Positions 51,839 to 62,467 of a stretch of DNA of 64,000 nucleotides are shown in pieces. Origin of the DNA: Planctomycetota bacterium. Lineage in GTDB: Bacteria; Planctomycetota; JAJSAM01; JAJVHW01. The stretch covers positions 3,450 through 67,449 of the forward strand of contig JAJRVY010000360.1 in NCBI GenBank assembly GCA_024277065.1, in the 5' to 3' direction. Both the position numbers and the translations under genes were made by a program. Below the pieces are notes generated by a model. The model was not told the DNA's origin, searched no databases, and was given only the letters and a program-made list of their open reading frames with translations. Each line of letters starts with the position of its first letter. Within the stretch, counting starts at the first letter, position 1.

Positions 51839-52555
51839 CTACTTCGGCAGTTCGTCGGAGCCGAGGTAGCGCACGATCATGCGCCCGTCGGTGTACTCCC
51901 ATTCGATCGGGTGGATCGAGATGATGTACTCGAGGGCCTGCCGGAGCTGGAACCCGGCGTCGAGCTGCAGGTCGATGCGCACGTCTTCGCGAGGACCGAC
52001 GCCGCTGAAGTCCACGGGCGTGCCGATCTTGTGACCGAGGTCCGCCAGCGCGTCCTCGAGCTTGGCGTGGCGCCACTCGATCGCCGGCAGTTCCTGCTCG
52101 AGGAAGGCTCTCATGGCGCGGTCGTCGTTCGGCGGGCGCAGGTGGATGCCGAGCGTGTGGCGTGCGATGTCCACGGCCTCGATGGCGTTGTCGAGTTCGA
52201 GCAGCAGGTAGTGGCGCAGGTGCTTGTCGTTCTTGAGGTACTCGGCGCGGTTCTCGGCGTCCCGTGCCGCATCGCCGGTCGGCTCGAGGGGCGTCAGGCC
52301 CTTGAACGAGTTCTGGGCGATGCGCCGCTGGTTGTGACGGTCGCTCGCCTCCTCGATGATCCAGAGCTTGAGGAGCTTCTCGCGCAGGAATTCGACGTCC
52401 ATCTCCATGATGCCGCCGGACGTGGCCTGCGGCGGCCCGTTCGCGTCGCCTTCCTCGCCGCTCGCACGACCGCAGAACGACTCCGTGAGCGAGACCGCGG
52501 CGAAGCCCGCGAGAAGCGCCGTGCCCGTGAGGAGCAGCGTCGCGGCGCGCATCAC
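51839..52555 (-). CDS. secreted hypothetical protein, C-terminal STN-like module (paralog 1)
   Basis: Signal peptide. C-terminus LEDALADLGHKIGTPVDF...LRQALEYIISIHPIEWEYTDGRMIV. TAG stop. Lower GC than the surroundings. Confidence 0.6.
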   Translation of the reverse strand: MMRAATLLLTGTALLAGFAAVSLTESFCGRASGEEGDANGPPQATSGGIMEMDVEFLREKLLKLWIIEEASDRHNQRRIAQNSFKGLTPLEPTGDAARDAENRAEYLKNDKHLRHYLLLELDNAIEAVDIARHTLGIHLRPPNDDRAMRAFLEQELPAIEWRHAKLEDALADLGHKIGTPVDFSGVGPREDVRIDLQLDAGFQLRQALEYIISIHPIEWEYTDGRMIVRYLGSDELPK

Positions 52556-53259
52556 TTCTTCTCCTTCACGTACTCGCCGCTCGCGTCTTCACGCTCCCAG
52601 TACTTCAGCTTCACGTCGGGGTGCTTGGCCTGGTACTCGAGGAACCGTGACTCGTTCGGCGTCAGTTTCTTGAAGATGACGACCTCGCCGTCCTGGATCA
52701 CGTAGCGCAGTTCGAAGTAGTTGCAGAGCGAGCCGAGGATCGTCGCCGCCTGGGCGCGGCGGAAGCGCATCGTCACCGTGTTCATCTGGACGACGTGGTA
52801 GGCCAGCCGCACGCGCAGCCCGAGCGCCTTGGACAGGTCCTTCATGCACTTGCGGAACGTGGTGTCGTTCCAGTTGATGTCGAACAGCTCGGTGTCGTGG
52901 ATGGTCTGCATGACCTCCTTGTCGCTGAGCCGCACCGGCGGCAGCTCGAGGACCTCGCGCAGGATCCTCTTCATCTCCTGCTTCGAGCCGAGATAGCCCT
53001 CGACGGTCTTCTGGATCTCGGCGCGCGTGGCCTTGCGCTCCGGCGTCGTGAGGCCCTCGTCCAGCCGGCCGACGAGATCGTGCAGCTTGCGGATGGCCGC
53101 CCCGCTCTCGTCGCCGAGTTCGCCGAGGCGTGGCAGCGTGCGCTGGACGAGGCCGTAGTCGAGCAGCTCGTCCTGGCCGCGGGCGTTCTCGCCCGCGGGT
53201 GCGGCGAGCGCCACGCCCGCGGCGAGCGCGGCGACGAGCAGGGTCTTGCGGGATCGCAT
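52552..53259 (-). CDS. secreted hypothetical protein, C-terminal STN-like module (paralog 2)
   Basis: Signal peptide. C-terminus FRKCMKDLSKALGLRVRL...AATILGSLCNYFELRYVIQDGEVVIF. 4-nt overlap with paralog 1. Confidence 0.6.
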   Translation of the reverse strand: MRSRKTLLVAALAAGVALAAPAGENARGQDELLDYGLVQRTLPRLGELGDESGAAIRKLHDLVGRLDEGLTTPERKATRAEIQKTVEGYLGSKQEMKRILREVLELPPVRLSDKEVMQTIHDTELFDINWNDTTFRKCMKDLSKALGLRVRLAYHVVQMNTVTMRFRRAQAATILGSLCNYFELRYVIQDGEVVIFKKLTPNESRFLEYQAKHPDVKLKYWEREDASGEYVKEKK

Positions 53260-53470
53260 ACGGGGTCCTCCTCACACTCCCGATGGCGGCCGACGGTGGC
53301 GCGGCCGACGGGTTCGCGTGCCGCGTGCAAGGGTACTGCCCCCGGCGGCGCGGCGGGCAGAACCGCGCAACGTCGTGGAACCGCTCCCGGGGGGCTTGGG
53401 ATCAAGTCCGGGTGCACGGCGTACCGATCCTGAAGCAGCGGCGTGACGAGCACGCCGATTGGAGGCTTGG

Positions 53471-54991
53471 ATGTCCGTCTGCCGATCGGGACGCCCGGAC
53501 TGCGGTTCCGGCCACGAATGCGTGCGCTGCCGCGCGGAGCAAGCGGCGGCACGGGGCACGACCCCGGAAGAGATGCTGCGCGCCTACTTCGACGTCTCCG
53601 GCCAGGGGACCGAGACGGCCGATCGCGAGGTCGTGCCACGCGCCGAGGAGCCCGACGACCTCGTCGTGATCGAACTCGACATCGACGACGTCGATGTCGA
53701 TACGAGCGCCGACGAGGCCGTGAACGTCGGGATCGACGCCCGCTACGAGTACGCCGGCGCGCCCCGGGACGGCGAGCCCGTCGTCCACGCTCTCCTCGAG
53801 CTGACACCGCGCGGCCGCGGCCTGATGCACGGCGAGGGCGGGCCCGTCTCGCACGTCATCCTGGCGCTCGACGTGTCGGCCAGCATGAACGAGCCGGACA
53901 AGTTCCCGCTGCTGCTCGAGGCGCTGCGGCGCATGCTCTATGACCTGCAGGACCCCGACGCGCCGGACGTCCTCATCTCGGTCGTTGCGTTCGCCAAGGG
54001 GGCCAAGCGCCTCATCGACGGCGTCGCGGCCCGCAATCTCGATCCCCGTGACGTCGAGGCCACGCTGCGTGCGTCGCCGTTGCTCTTTGGACGCTACACC
54101 GACTTCGCGGGCGCCCTGCTCCGCGCCGGACGCATCGCCTTCGACTCCCACGCCGCGAACCGCCGCCTGCCGCTGCGCATCGTCGCGCTGACGGACGGGC
54201 GGCCACAGGACTTCGAGCGGGCGGCGCGGGCGATGACGATGGTGCAGCGCATCCCGGTGGACGTCGATTGCCTGGCGTTCGGTGACGACGCCGACGTACT
54301 CACGATGAAGCGCCTGCTCTGCGGACGCCGCGGCGGTACGGTCAAGCACATCGACGCCGAGTCGATCGGCGACGCGTTCGCGCGCGTCGCGGACGTCGCC
54401 CAGCGCGTCGTCGCGAAGCGCTGCATCGTGGACGTGGAACTCGTCGGCGGCGTCGTCGGTGGCGAGGTCTGGCGCCACCGTCCGGGACGCCACGCGTTCG
54501 GCCGCAGCGCGTTCGCTCTCGGCGTACGCTTCCAGGCGGATCTCGGCACGCTGCAGCGCGGGCGCACGTACTCGCTGGTCCTGCAGCTCCGGCTGCCGAC
54601 CACGGAGGCCGACGAGACGGAGATCGGCCGCGTCGTGGTGCGCATCCCCGGCGAGGGCGGAGCGCAGTCGTTCGAGCATCGGCTGTGGCTGCCGCGCCAT
54701 GCCGGCGGCGCTCTGCCCGAGCCCGATCCCGAGGTGCGCGGCGCCGTGGAGATCGTCAGCGGGATCGACACCGCCGACGTCGAGAAGGTACTGGCCTCCC
54801 TGATCGCCCGCCGCGAGCTGCATGCCGCGGAGAGGCGCTCGCTGCGACTGGTACGGCTGCTGGACAAGGCGATCGAGGCCGTGCGTCGCACGGGCTCGCT
54901 CGACGCGCTCTCGAAGGCGGAGTTCGCGGCGCTCTCGGCGCACACGCGTACCGTCATCGCGACGTCCACCAAGCCGCTGCCCGTCGAGTGA
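53471..54991 (+). CDS. von Willebrand factor A (vWA) domain protein with an N-terminal zinc ribbon
   Basis: CRSGRPDCGSGHECVRC, MIDAS DVSASM ... TDG. GGAGG lies 5 nt before the ATG at 53471. Stop overlaps the kinase start (TGATG). Confidence 0.8.
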   Translation: MSVCRSGRPDCGSGHECVRCRAEQAAARGTTPEEMLRAYFDVSGQGTETADREVVPRAEEPDDLVVIELDIDDVDVDTSADEAVNVGIDARYEYAGAPRDGEPVVHALLELTPRGRGLMHGEGGPVSHVILALDVSASMNEPDKFPLLLEALRRMLYDLQDPDAPDVLISVVAFAKGAKRLIDGVAARNLDPRDVEATLRASPLLFGRYTDFAGALLRAGRIAFDSHAANRRLPLRIVALTDGRPQDFERAARAMTMVQRIPVDVDCLAFGDDADVLTMKRLLCGRRGGTVKHIDAESIGDAFARVADVAQRVVAKRCIVDVELVGGVVGGEVWRHRPGRHAFGRSAFALGVRFQADLGTLQRGRTYSLVLQLRLPTTEADETEIGRVVVRIPGEGGAQSFEHRLWLPRHAGGALPEPDPEVRGAVEIVSGIDTADVEKVLASLIARRELHAAERRSLRLVRLLDKAIEAVRRTGSLDALSKAEFAALSAHTRTVIATSTKPLPVE

Positions 54992-56283
54992 TGCCGGCCA
55001 CGACCCCGTCGCGGACCCGGCGCGAGGACCGTCTCGTGCGGCGCATGGTGGCGCGCGGAGAGGCCGGCCTCGCCGAGGCGCTCTGTGCTCTCAAGGGTGT
55101 CACGTTCGGACATCGTTACGTGTTCCGTTCGCTCTACGCGATCGGCGGCGAGGGCGCCGTCTACGACGTGGACGACCTGCACGATCCGGCGGCGGCGCCG
55201 CTCGTCGGCAAGGTCGCGCTGCACCCGGTTCATCAGCCGTTCGAGCTGACCGCCGAGGGCATCCGCGAGAGGCGGCTGGCGCTGCGTCGCGAGTCCGTGC
55301 TGCTCGCCACGTGCGGCGGCGACTCGATGCCCGCCGACGTGGGGCACTACCAGTTCACGAACCCCGCGCTCGACGCCGGGCGCGGGGACGCGTTCGCCGA
55401 GGCCGAACCCGTGCTGCTCATGGAGAAGCTACCGGGACTGGACCTCGATCGCTGGCTGGCGCGCACGTACCGCCACACTTTCCCGCCGTCGGCCCTCGCC
55501 GCGGCGCTCGACCGCTTCGCCGTGGCGCTGCTCGAGGGCATCGAGGATCTCGCGGACCGTGGGTTCCTCTACGCGGATCTGCGGCCCGGCAACGTGCGCG
55601 TCCTGCCGCAGCCCTGGCGCCACATCCGGCTGCTCGACGCCGGGAGCCTCGTGCGAGAGTCCGAGGTGGGCGAGGGCTTCCCGCACGTTCCCGCGTACCT
55701 GCCGCCCGAACTGTTCGTCGCGACGACCGAGCGCCGGCACGTCGCCGTGTCGTACGAGGTCATGGCCGAGATGGCCGGCCGCTCCCTGTTCGAGATCGCC
55801 ACCGGCGAGCCGCCGTACCCCGGCGAGGCCGTGGACGTCTCGCAGCTCGAGCAGTCGCGTGTGTCCCCGCGCGTGGCCGAGGTCGTGAGCGCGCTCGCCA
55901 CCGGCAGCCTCCGCGGCGTCGGTGCGGCGCTCGAGTACCTGGACGGCGTCGTCGAAGACGTCATGCCGCCGCGCGCCGCACGTCCGCGCTATGGCGTCGC
56001 GGCGGCGGCGGGTGACGACGACGGGGACGCCTCCCCGGCCGAGGACGACGCCGACGACTGGTGCCCTGCCGATTTCCTGTCGCAGGGCGACGTCGCGATG
56101 CCCGGGCGGAGCGCCGCCACTGCTCCTGCGGCGGCGCCCGAGTCGCCGCGCGAGCCCGCCGCCGCCTGCGTCGTCGGATCACCGGCCGACCCGGCCGATG
56201 CCGATCCGCCCGTGGTGCCGGACCCGCCGTCGGCCACGCGCTCGTGGTGGCGGCGCCTGCTCAACCGCATCTTCCGCGCCTGA
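54991..56283 (+). CDS. Hanks-type Ser/Thr protein kinase-like protein with atypical motifs
   Basis: GGEGAVYDV, VGKVAL (Lys), YADLRPGNVRV (in place of HRDLKPxN), LLDAG (in place of DFG), YLPPE (in place of APE). Acidic/Pro-rich tail and an amphipathic C-terminus. Confidence 0.7.
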   Translation: MPATTPSRTRREDRLVRRMVARGEAGLAEALCALKGVTFGHRYVFRSLYAIGGEGAVYDVDDLHDPAAAPLVGKVALHPVHQPFELTAEGIRERRLALRRESVLLATCGGDSMPADVGHYQFTNPALDAGRGDAFAEAEPVLLMEKLPGLDLDRWLARTYRHTFPPSALAAALDRFAVALLEGIEDLADRGFLYADLRPGNVRVLPQPWRHIRLLDAGSLVRESEVGEGFPHVPAYLPPELFVATTERRHVAVSYEVMAEMAGRSLFEIATGEPPYPGEAVDVSQLEQSRVSPRVAEVVSALATGSLRGVGAALEYLDGVVEDVMPPRAARPRYGVAAAAGDDDGDASPAEDDADDWCPADFLSQGDVAMPGRSAATAPAAAPESPREPAAACVVGSPADPADADPPVVPDPPSATRSWWRRLLNRIFRA

Positions 56284-56346
56284 CCCGGCCCGCGCCTGAC
56301 CGGCGCCGCGTTTCTCTTGTCCACACCTTCTGACGCCGCGAGGCGA

Positions 56347-56967
56347 TCACGTTCCCCCGGTCCTGCCGGCGAGGGCGTCGAGGGCGGCGGCGAGACCGGT
56401 GACGAGCACCTCCCGCGCGAGGCACGGCTCGCCCTCGGTGGCCTGCTCGGGGAGCAGCGGCAGGTGTACGAAGCCGATGCGCGTGCGAAGAGCGTGGCGA
56501 TCGCAGTAGCGCAGCGCCTGGTAGAGCACCTGGTTGCAGATGAACGTTCCGGCGTCGTCCGAGCCCTCGGCGGGCGCGCCGGCGGCGAGCGCCGCGTCGA
56601 TCAGGTCGTCCACCGGCACCGTGCTGAAGCACGCCGTCGGACCGTCGTCGTCGATGCGCCGATCGTCGATGCGCGTGCCGTCGTTGTCGGCGCCGGGCGA
56701 TCCGCGGCGATTGACGGCGACGCGCTCGAACGAGAGCGCCGTGCGCCCGGTGCCGAGTCCGAGCATGAGGACGGCGTCGAAGCGCTCGCCGGTGAGCGCC
56801 TCGCGCACGGGCGCGAAGGCGCCGCGGTAGGTCACCGGCAGGATCCGCGTCGAGATGATCGCGCCGCCCGGCGCGGCCGCCGCCAGAGGGCGTAGCACCT
56901 GCTCCGACGGGTTGACGGCGTGCCCCCCGAAGGGTTCGAACCCGGTCAGCAGAATCCGCGCCACCAT
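56347..56967 (-). CDS. pcp: pyroglutamyl-peptidase I (C15)
   Basis: ILLTGFEPFGG and GTFICNQVLY (catalytic Cys context). Alternative ATG at 56976. The start abuts MITE copy 3. Confidence 0.88.
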   Translation of the reverse strand: MVARILLTGFEPFGGHAVNPSEQVLRPLAAAAPGGAIISTRILPVTYRGAFAPVREALTGERFDAVLMLGLGTGRTALSFERVAVNRRGSPGADNDGTRIDDRRIDDDGPTACFSTVPVDDLIDAALAAGAPAEGSDDAGTFICNQVLYQALRYCDRHALRTRIGFVHLPLLPEQATEGEPCLAREVLVTGLAAALDALAGRTGGT

Positions 56968-56981
56968 GGCCTCCATGCTAG

Positions 56982-57147
56982 GGGCCCGCGCAGGAATGAG
57001 TTCGTCGGACCGCGGGCGAGCGAGGGCGGCGCAGGGCAAGGCGGCTCGACGACGCGACTCATTGCGGAGCCGAGTCGGGGAGGAGAGGCAACGCCGCCCC
57101 GCGTCGTCGCAGCCGACCGAATCCAGAACTCATTCCTGCGCGGGCCC
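56982..57147 (+). mobile_element. MITE-like element, copy 3
   Basis: TIRs GGGCCCGCGCAGGAATGAGTTCG and AGAACTCATTCCTGCGCGGGCCC. Same orientation and about 90% identity to copy 1. Confidence 0.85.
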
Positions 57148-57224
57148 TAAGGGTTGTCGCACGGGCGGCGCCGCCGGACCCATTCCTAGGACGCGCGCGG
57201 CGCGGGCATCTACGATCGATCGCG

Positions 57225-57629
57225 ATGACCGAACGCTCCTACACACCGGACGAGGCCAACGCGGCGCTGCCGCTCGTCAGTGCCATCGTCGCCGATCTCG
57301 TGCACCTCGATCGCCTCATCGATGACGCGGCACGGGCCTATGCAGAGCTCAAGGCCGATACGCGCAAGCCGCAGACGGCGCTGAACCAGGCGCGGCGCGC
57401 ACTCGGCGACCTCGTCGCGTCGCGCGACGAGTGCGAGACCGAACTCGAGGAACTGGGCGTGCGTCTCGGCGACGCGGCGCTCGGCATCTGCGACTTCCCG
57501 TCGGATCTCGACGGCCGGCCCGTGTATCTCTGCTGGGGGCTCGGGGAGCAGAGCGTGGAGTTCTACCACGCGCGTGACGCGGGCTTCGCGGACCGCTGCC
57601 CCCTGCCCGTCCCCGTCGCCGCGGGTTGA
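57225..57629 (+). CDS. DUF2203-family protein
   Basis: 134 aa, YTPDEANAALPLV... coiled-coil region then CDFPSDLDGRPVYLCW. TGA stop abuts the convergent gene. Confidence 0.6.
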   Translation: MTERSYTPDEANAALPLVSAIVADLVHLDRLIDDAARAYAELKADTRKPQTALNQARRALGDLVASRDECETELEELGVRLGDAALGICDFPSDLDGRPVYLCWGLGEQSVEFYHARDAGFADRCPLPVPVAAG

Positions 57630-58997
57630 TCAGTCCAGGATGCGTCGCAGCAGATAGTCGCGGATGCCGGTCTGCGTGAAGCGCTCCGGCGCGTGCTCCG
57701 TCGTGTCGGCGATCACCAGCGGTCCGTCGTCGTCGCGGCGCGGCGCCAGTCCGTGGGAGCCGCGGACGAGGGACGTGTCGAGCGGCACGCCGTCGAGCAG
57801 ATTGCGGAAGCCGAGCTTGCGCGCCATCAGCTTGGCGAGGATGCGCGGGCCGGTGAGCGGCCGCGACGGATCGAGGAACAGCTCGCGCGGGTCGTATCCG
57901 GGCTTGCGGTGGATGTCCACGGTGCGCTGGTAGTCGGGGGCGTCCGCAGCGCGCAGCCACCAGTCGTGGGCGAACCAGCGATCGGCCGCCGCGAGCAGCA
58001 CGATCTCACCCGAGCGCTCGTGGTCGAGCGCGATCTCGCGACGCGCGTCGCCGGTCAGCACGCGGTCGATGCCGTCCGCGCCGTGCAGTGCCTCGCGGGC
58101 CGCGGCGACGTCGCCCGGGGCCGCCACGTAGACGTGGGCGAGTTGATGATCCGGCACCGCGAAGGCGCGCGAGGCGCCGTGGTCCAGCAACTCGCCCGTG
58201 ACGTCACGGCGCAGCGCGAGCAGCCCCGCCTCGCGTAGCACACGGTTCGGGAAGACGGCGCCCTGCACCGGCGTGATGCCGTACTCCGACAGCACCACGA
58301 CGCCGTAGCCGCGTGCGCGGTGGGCGTCGATCAGGCGCCCCGCAGCGGCGTCCACGCGCTGCACCTCGGTGGGGATCGACGGGTGCGCCGGGCCGACCTT
58401 CTGCAGCGCGTAGTCGAGGTGCGGCAGGTAGACGAGCGACAGGGTCGGCGCGTGCCACTCGAGCACGCGCAGCGCCGCCGCGGCGATCCAGTGCGTCGAA
58501 CGGACATCCGCCTTCGGGCCCCAGAAGAAGAACAGCGGGAACGTCCCGAGCTCCGATTGCAGACGGTCGCGCAGTGCCGCGGGGTGCGTGTAGCAGTCCG
58601 GGATCTTGCGGCCGTCCGCCGGGTACGCGGGGCGCGGCGTCACCGAGTAGTCCGCCGAGCCGTACATGTTGAACCACCAGAAGAGGTTCGCCGTCGTGGC
58701 CGTGGGTACGCGCGCACGCAGCGCGTCCCAGACCTTCTCGCCGCCGACGAGATGGTTGCTCTGTTTCCAGAACGCGACCTCCGCGCGGTCGCGGAAGTAC
58801 CACCCGTTGCCCACGATGCCGTGTCCCGAGGGGGGCAGGCCGGTGAGCATCGAGGACTGCGCCGTGCAGGTGACCGCCGGGAGCACCGGCGTCATGGGCG
58901 CTGCCAGTCCTTCCCGCGCCAGCCCTGCGAGCCGCGGTGCATGGGGGAGCAGGCCGGGCGTCAGCCCGACCACGTCCAGGACCAGCAGCGGCTTCAC
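57630..58997 (-). CDS. alkaline-phosphatase-superfamily enzyme (type I phosphodiesterase/nucleotide pyrophosphatase-like)
   Basis: 455 aa. LDVVGLTP...TCTAQSSMLTG is the metal/nucleophile region typical of the family. Confidence 0.75.
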   Translation of the reverse strand: MKPLLVLDVVGLTPGLLPHAPRLAGLAREGLAAPMTPVLPAVTCTAQSSMLTGLPPSGHGIVGNGWYFRDRAEVAFWKQSNHLVGGEKVWDALRARVPTATTANLFWWFNMYGSADYSVTPRPAYPADGRKIPDCYTHPAALRDRLQSELGTFPLFFFWGPKADVRSTHWIAAAALRVLEWHAPTLSLVYLPHLDYALQKVGPAHPSIPTEVQRVDAAAGRLIDAHRARGYGVVVLSEYGITPVQGAVFPNRVLREAGLLALRRDVTGELLDHGASRAFAVPDHQLAHVYVAAPGDVAAAREALHGADGIDRVLTGDARREIALDHERSGEIVLLAAADRWFAHDWWLRAADAPDYQRTVDIHRKPGYDPRELFLDPSRPLTGPRILAKLMARKLGFRNLLDGVPLDTSLVRGSHGLAPRRDDDGPLVIADTTEHAPERFTQTGIRDYLLRRILD

Positions 58998-59016
58998 GCG
59001 CGGGCTCCGGCGCCCG

Positions 59017-60516
<1,500 letters not shown>

Positions 60517-60684
60517 GGTGGAGCCTCTCTGGGGTGCTGCGGGGGGTGCGGGGTGGGCGCAAGCGCGGGCCGGCGCGAGAAGCCCCCGAGTCTACGCACC
60601 GCCCGGGGGGCGATCGAGAAGGCAAGCGGCGCGCGCCGCCCGGAACCTTGACCGCGGCGGGGCGGAGGCGTCGCATGAGCGGCC

Positions 60685-61317
60685 GTGTTCATCGACTACC
60701 TGTTCAAGGACCCGTCGTACTACTTCACAGTGGTCATCGTCGTCATCGGCAGCATCGTGCTCCACGAGCTGGGCCACGCGCTGGCAGCGACCTGGGAGGG
60801 CGACCCGACGCCGCAGCAGCGCGGGCACCTGACGTGGAACCCGGTCGTCCACATGGGCTGGCTGTCGATCGGGCTGGCGGCCGTGATCGGCATCGCCTGG
60901 GGGCTGACGCCGGTGACGCCCAGCCGGTTCCGGCACCGGCGCTGGGGCGACGTCATCGTCTCGTTCGCCGGACCGGCCGTGAACCTGGCGCTGGCGATCG
61001 TCGCGGCGCTCGTGATGGTGTTCGTCGTGCGCGGCGACGCCCCCGACCTGCCGCGGCAGTTCTGGTGGGTGGCGCTGATGTTCAACGTGGCGCTGTTCCT
61101 GCTGAACATGATCCCCGTCCCGCCCCTCGACGGCTTCACCATCCTGTCCGGGGCCGTGGACCTCGGCGAGGTCGGCGCCATGCTGCGTCGCGCCCATCCC
61201 TTCCCGCTCATCATCGTCTTCGTGCTCATCTCGCGTGGACCGTTCTGGGATCTGGCGCAGAGCGGCTCGGAGGCCCTGGTTCGCTTCTGGGCGCTGATCC
61301 TGCCGGGAGCGGGATGA
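60685..61317 (+). CDS. M50-family (site-2 protease-like) membrane metalloprotease
   Basis: HELGHAL, NMIPVPPLDG, polytopic. Stop overlaps the next start (ATGA). Confidence 0.8.
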   Translation: MFIDYLFKDPSYYFTVVIVVIGSIVLHELGHALAATWEGDPTPQQRGHLTWNPVVHMGWLSIGLAAVIGIAWGLTPVTPSRFRHRRWGDVIVSFAGPAVNLALAIVAALVMVFVVRGDAPDLPRQFWWVALMFNVALFLLNMIPVPPLDGFTILSGAVDLGEVGAMLRRAHPFPLIIVFVLISRGPFWDLAQSGSEALVRFWALILPGAG

Positions 61318-62390
61318 TGCGCGCGGTCGTCTACCGCGGCACCGGCGACGTGCGTCTCGAGGATCTGCCCGTGCCCGGCTGCGACGCCGGGGAGCTGCTC
61401 GTGCGCATCGCCGTCTGCGGCGTCTGCTGGACCGACCTCAAGAAGGTGGATCACGGCACCGTTGCGCCGCCGCGCGTGTTCGGGCACGAAATGGCGGGCG
61501 TCGTCGATCGCGTGGGCGCCGGCGTGACGCGCTTTCGCGAGGGTGATCGCGTGCAGGTCTACCACCACATCCCGTGCCGGGCCTGCCGCTACTGCGAGCG
61601 GCGGCTGTACGCGCAGTGCCCCGGGTACAAGGAGACGGGCGCCGGGGCGGGCTTCGCGGCGTCCGGCGGCGGCTTCGCCGAGTACGTGCGCGTGGCGCCG
61701 TGGATCGTGGACGGGGGCGGCGTCACGCCGGTTCCGGACCATGCGTCGCTGGAGGCCGCGTCGTTCCTGGAACCCGTGAACACCTGCCTGAAGTGCGTGC
61801 GCACCGCGGCCGTCCGCGAGGGCGACTCGGTGCTGGTCGTGGGCGCCGGCGTCATCGGGCAGATCATCGTGCGGCTGCTGCGCATCGCCGGCGTGCGCGT
61901 CGCCGTCAGCGAGCCTCTGCCCGACCGCCGTGAGCGGGCTCACGGCAGCGGGGCGGAACTCGTCGTCGATCCGCGCGCAGCGGACGTGGCCGCGATGGTG
62001 GCGTCCTGGACCGGCGGCGCGGGCTGCGACGCGGCGGTGGTCGCTGTGCCCGGCCAGGCCCCCCTCGACGCGGCGCTGGCCGCGGCGCGCCCGGGTGGGC
62101 GCGTCGTACTCTTTGCGCACACGCGGCTGGGCGACCCCGTGACGATCGACGCCGGACAGGTCTGCTTCCTCGAGAAGGACGTGATCGGGGCCTACAGCGC
62201 CGACGCCGACCTCAACGAGGAGGTTGCGGAGCTCGTCTTCGGGGAGACCGGGAGCGTCGGGCGCCTACGCGTGGACGACCTGGTGACCGACAGATTCGAT
62301 CTCGCGGACGCCGCTGCGGCATTCGATGTCGCACGCTCCCCGCGGGCCGGTTCGCTGAAAGTGCTGCTGACGACGGGGCTGTTTGTGTGA
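61314..62390 (+). CDS. Zn-dependent alcohol/polyol dehydrogenase (MDR family)
   Basis: CGVCWTD, GHEMAG, CRACRYCERRLYAQC (structural Zn), GAGVIG Rossmann motif. Confidence 0.88.
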   Translation: MMRAVVYRGTGDVRLEDLPVPGCDAGELLVRIAVCGVCWTDLKKVDHGTVAPPRVFGHEMAGVVDRVGAGVTRFREGDRVQVYHHIPCRACRYCERRLYAQCPGYKETGAGAGFAASGGGFAEYVRVAPWIVDGGGVTPVPDHASLEAASFLEPVNTCLKCVRTAAVREGDSVLVVGAGVIGQIIVRLLRIAGVRVAVSEPLPDRRERAHGSGAELVVDPRAADVAAMVASWTGGAGCDAAVVAVPGQAPLDAALAAARPGGRVVLFAHTRLGDPVTIDAGQVCFLEKDVIGAYSADADLNEEVAELVFGETGSVGRLRVDDLVTDRFDLADAAAAFDVARSPRAGSLKVLLTTGLFV

Positions 62391-62467
62391 AGGTGCGTGC
62401 GGCCCGGGGGGCAACGGCGAGAGTGACGACGAGCGCGACGACCAAGATGAGGACGGCGACCACGACG

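Noticed and set aside
56925-56950. tRNA-like GGGTTCGAACCC (T-arm-like) sequence
   Set aside because: It lies inside pcp, where it encodes the conserved TGFEPFGG motif on the minus strand. No cloverleaf can be drawn around it.
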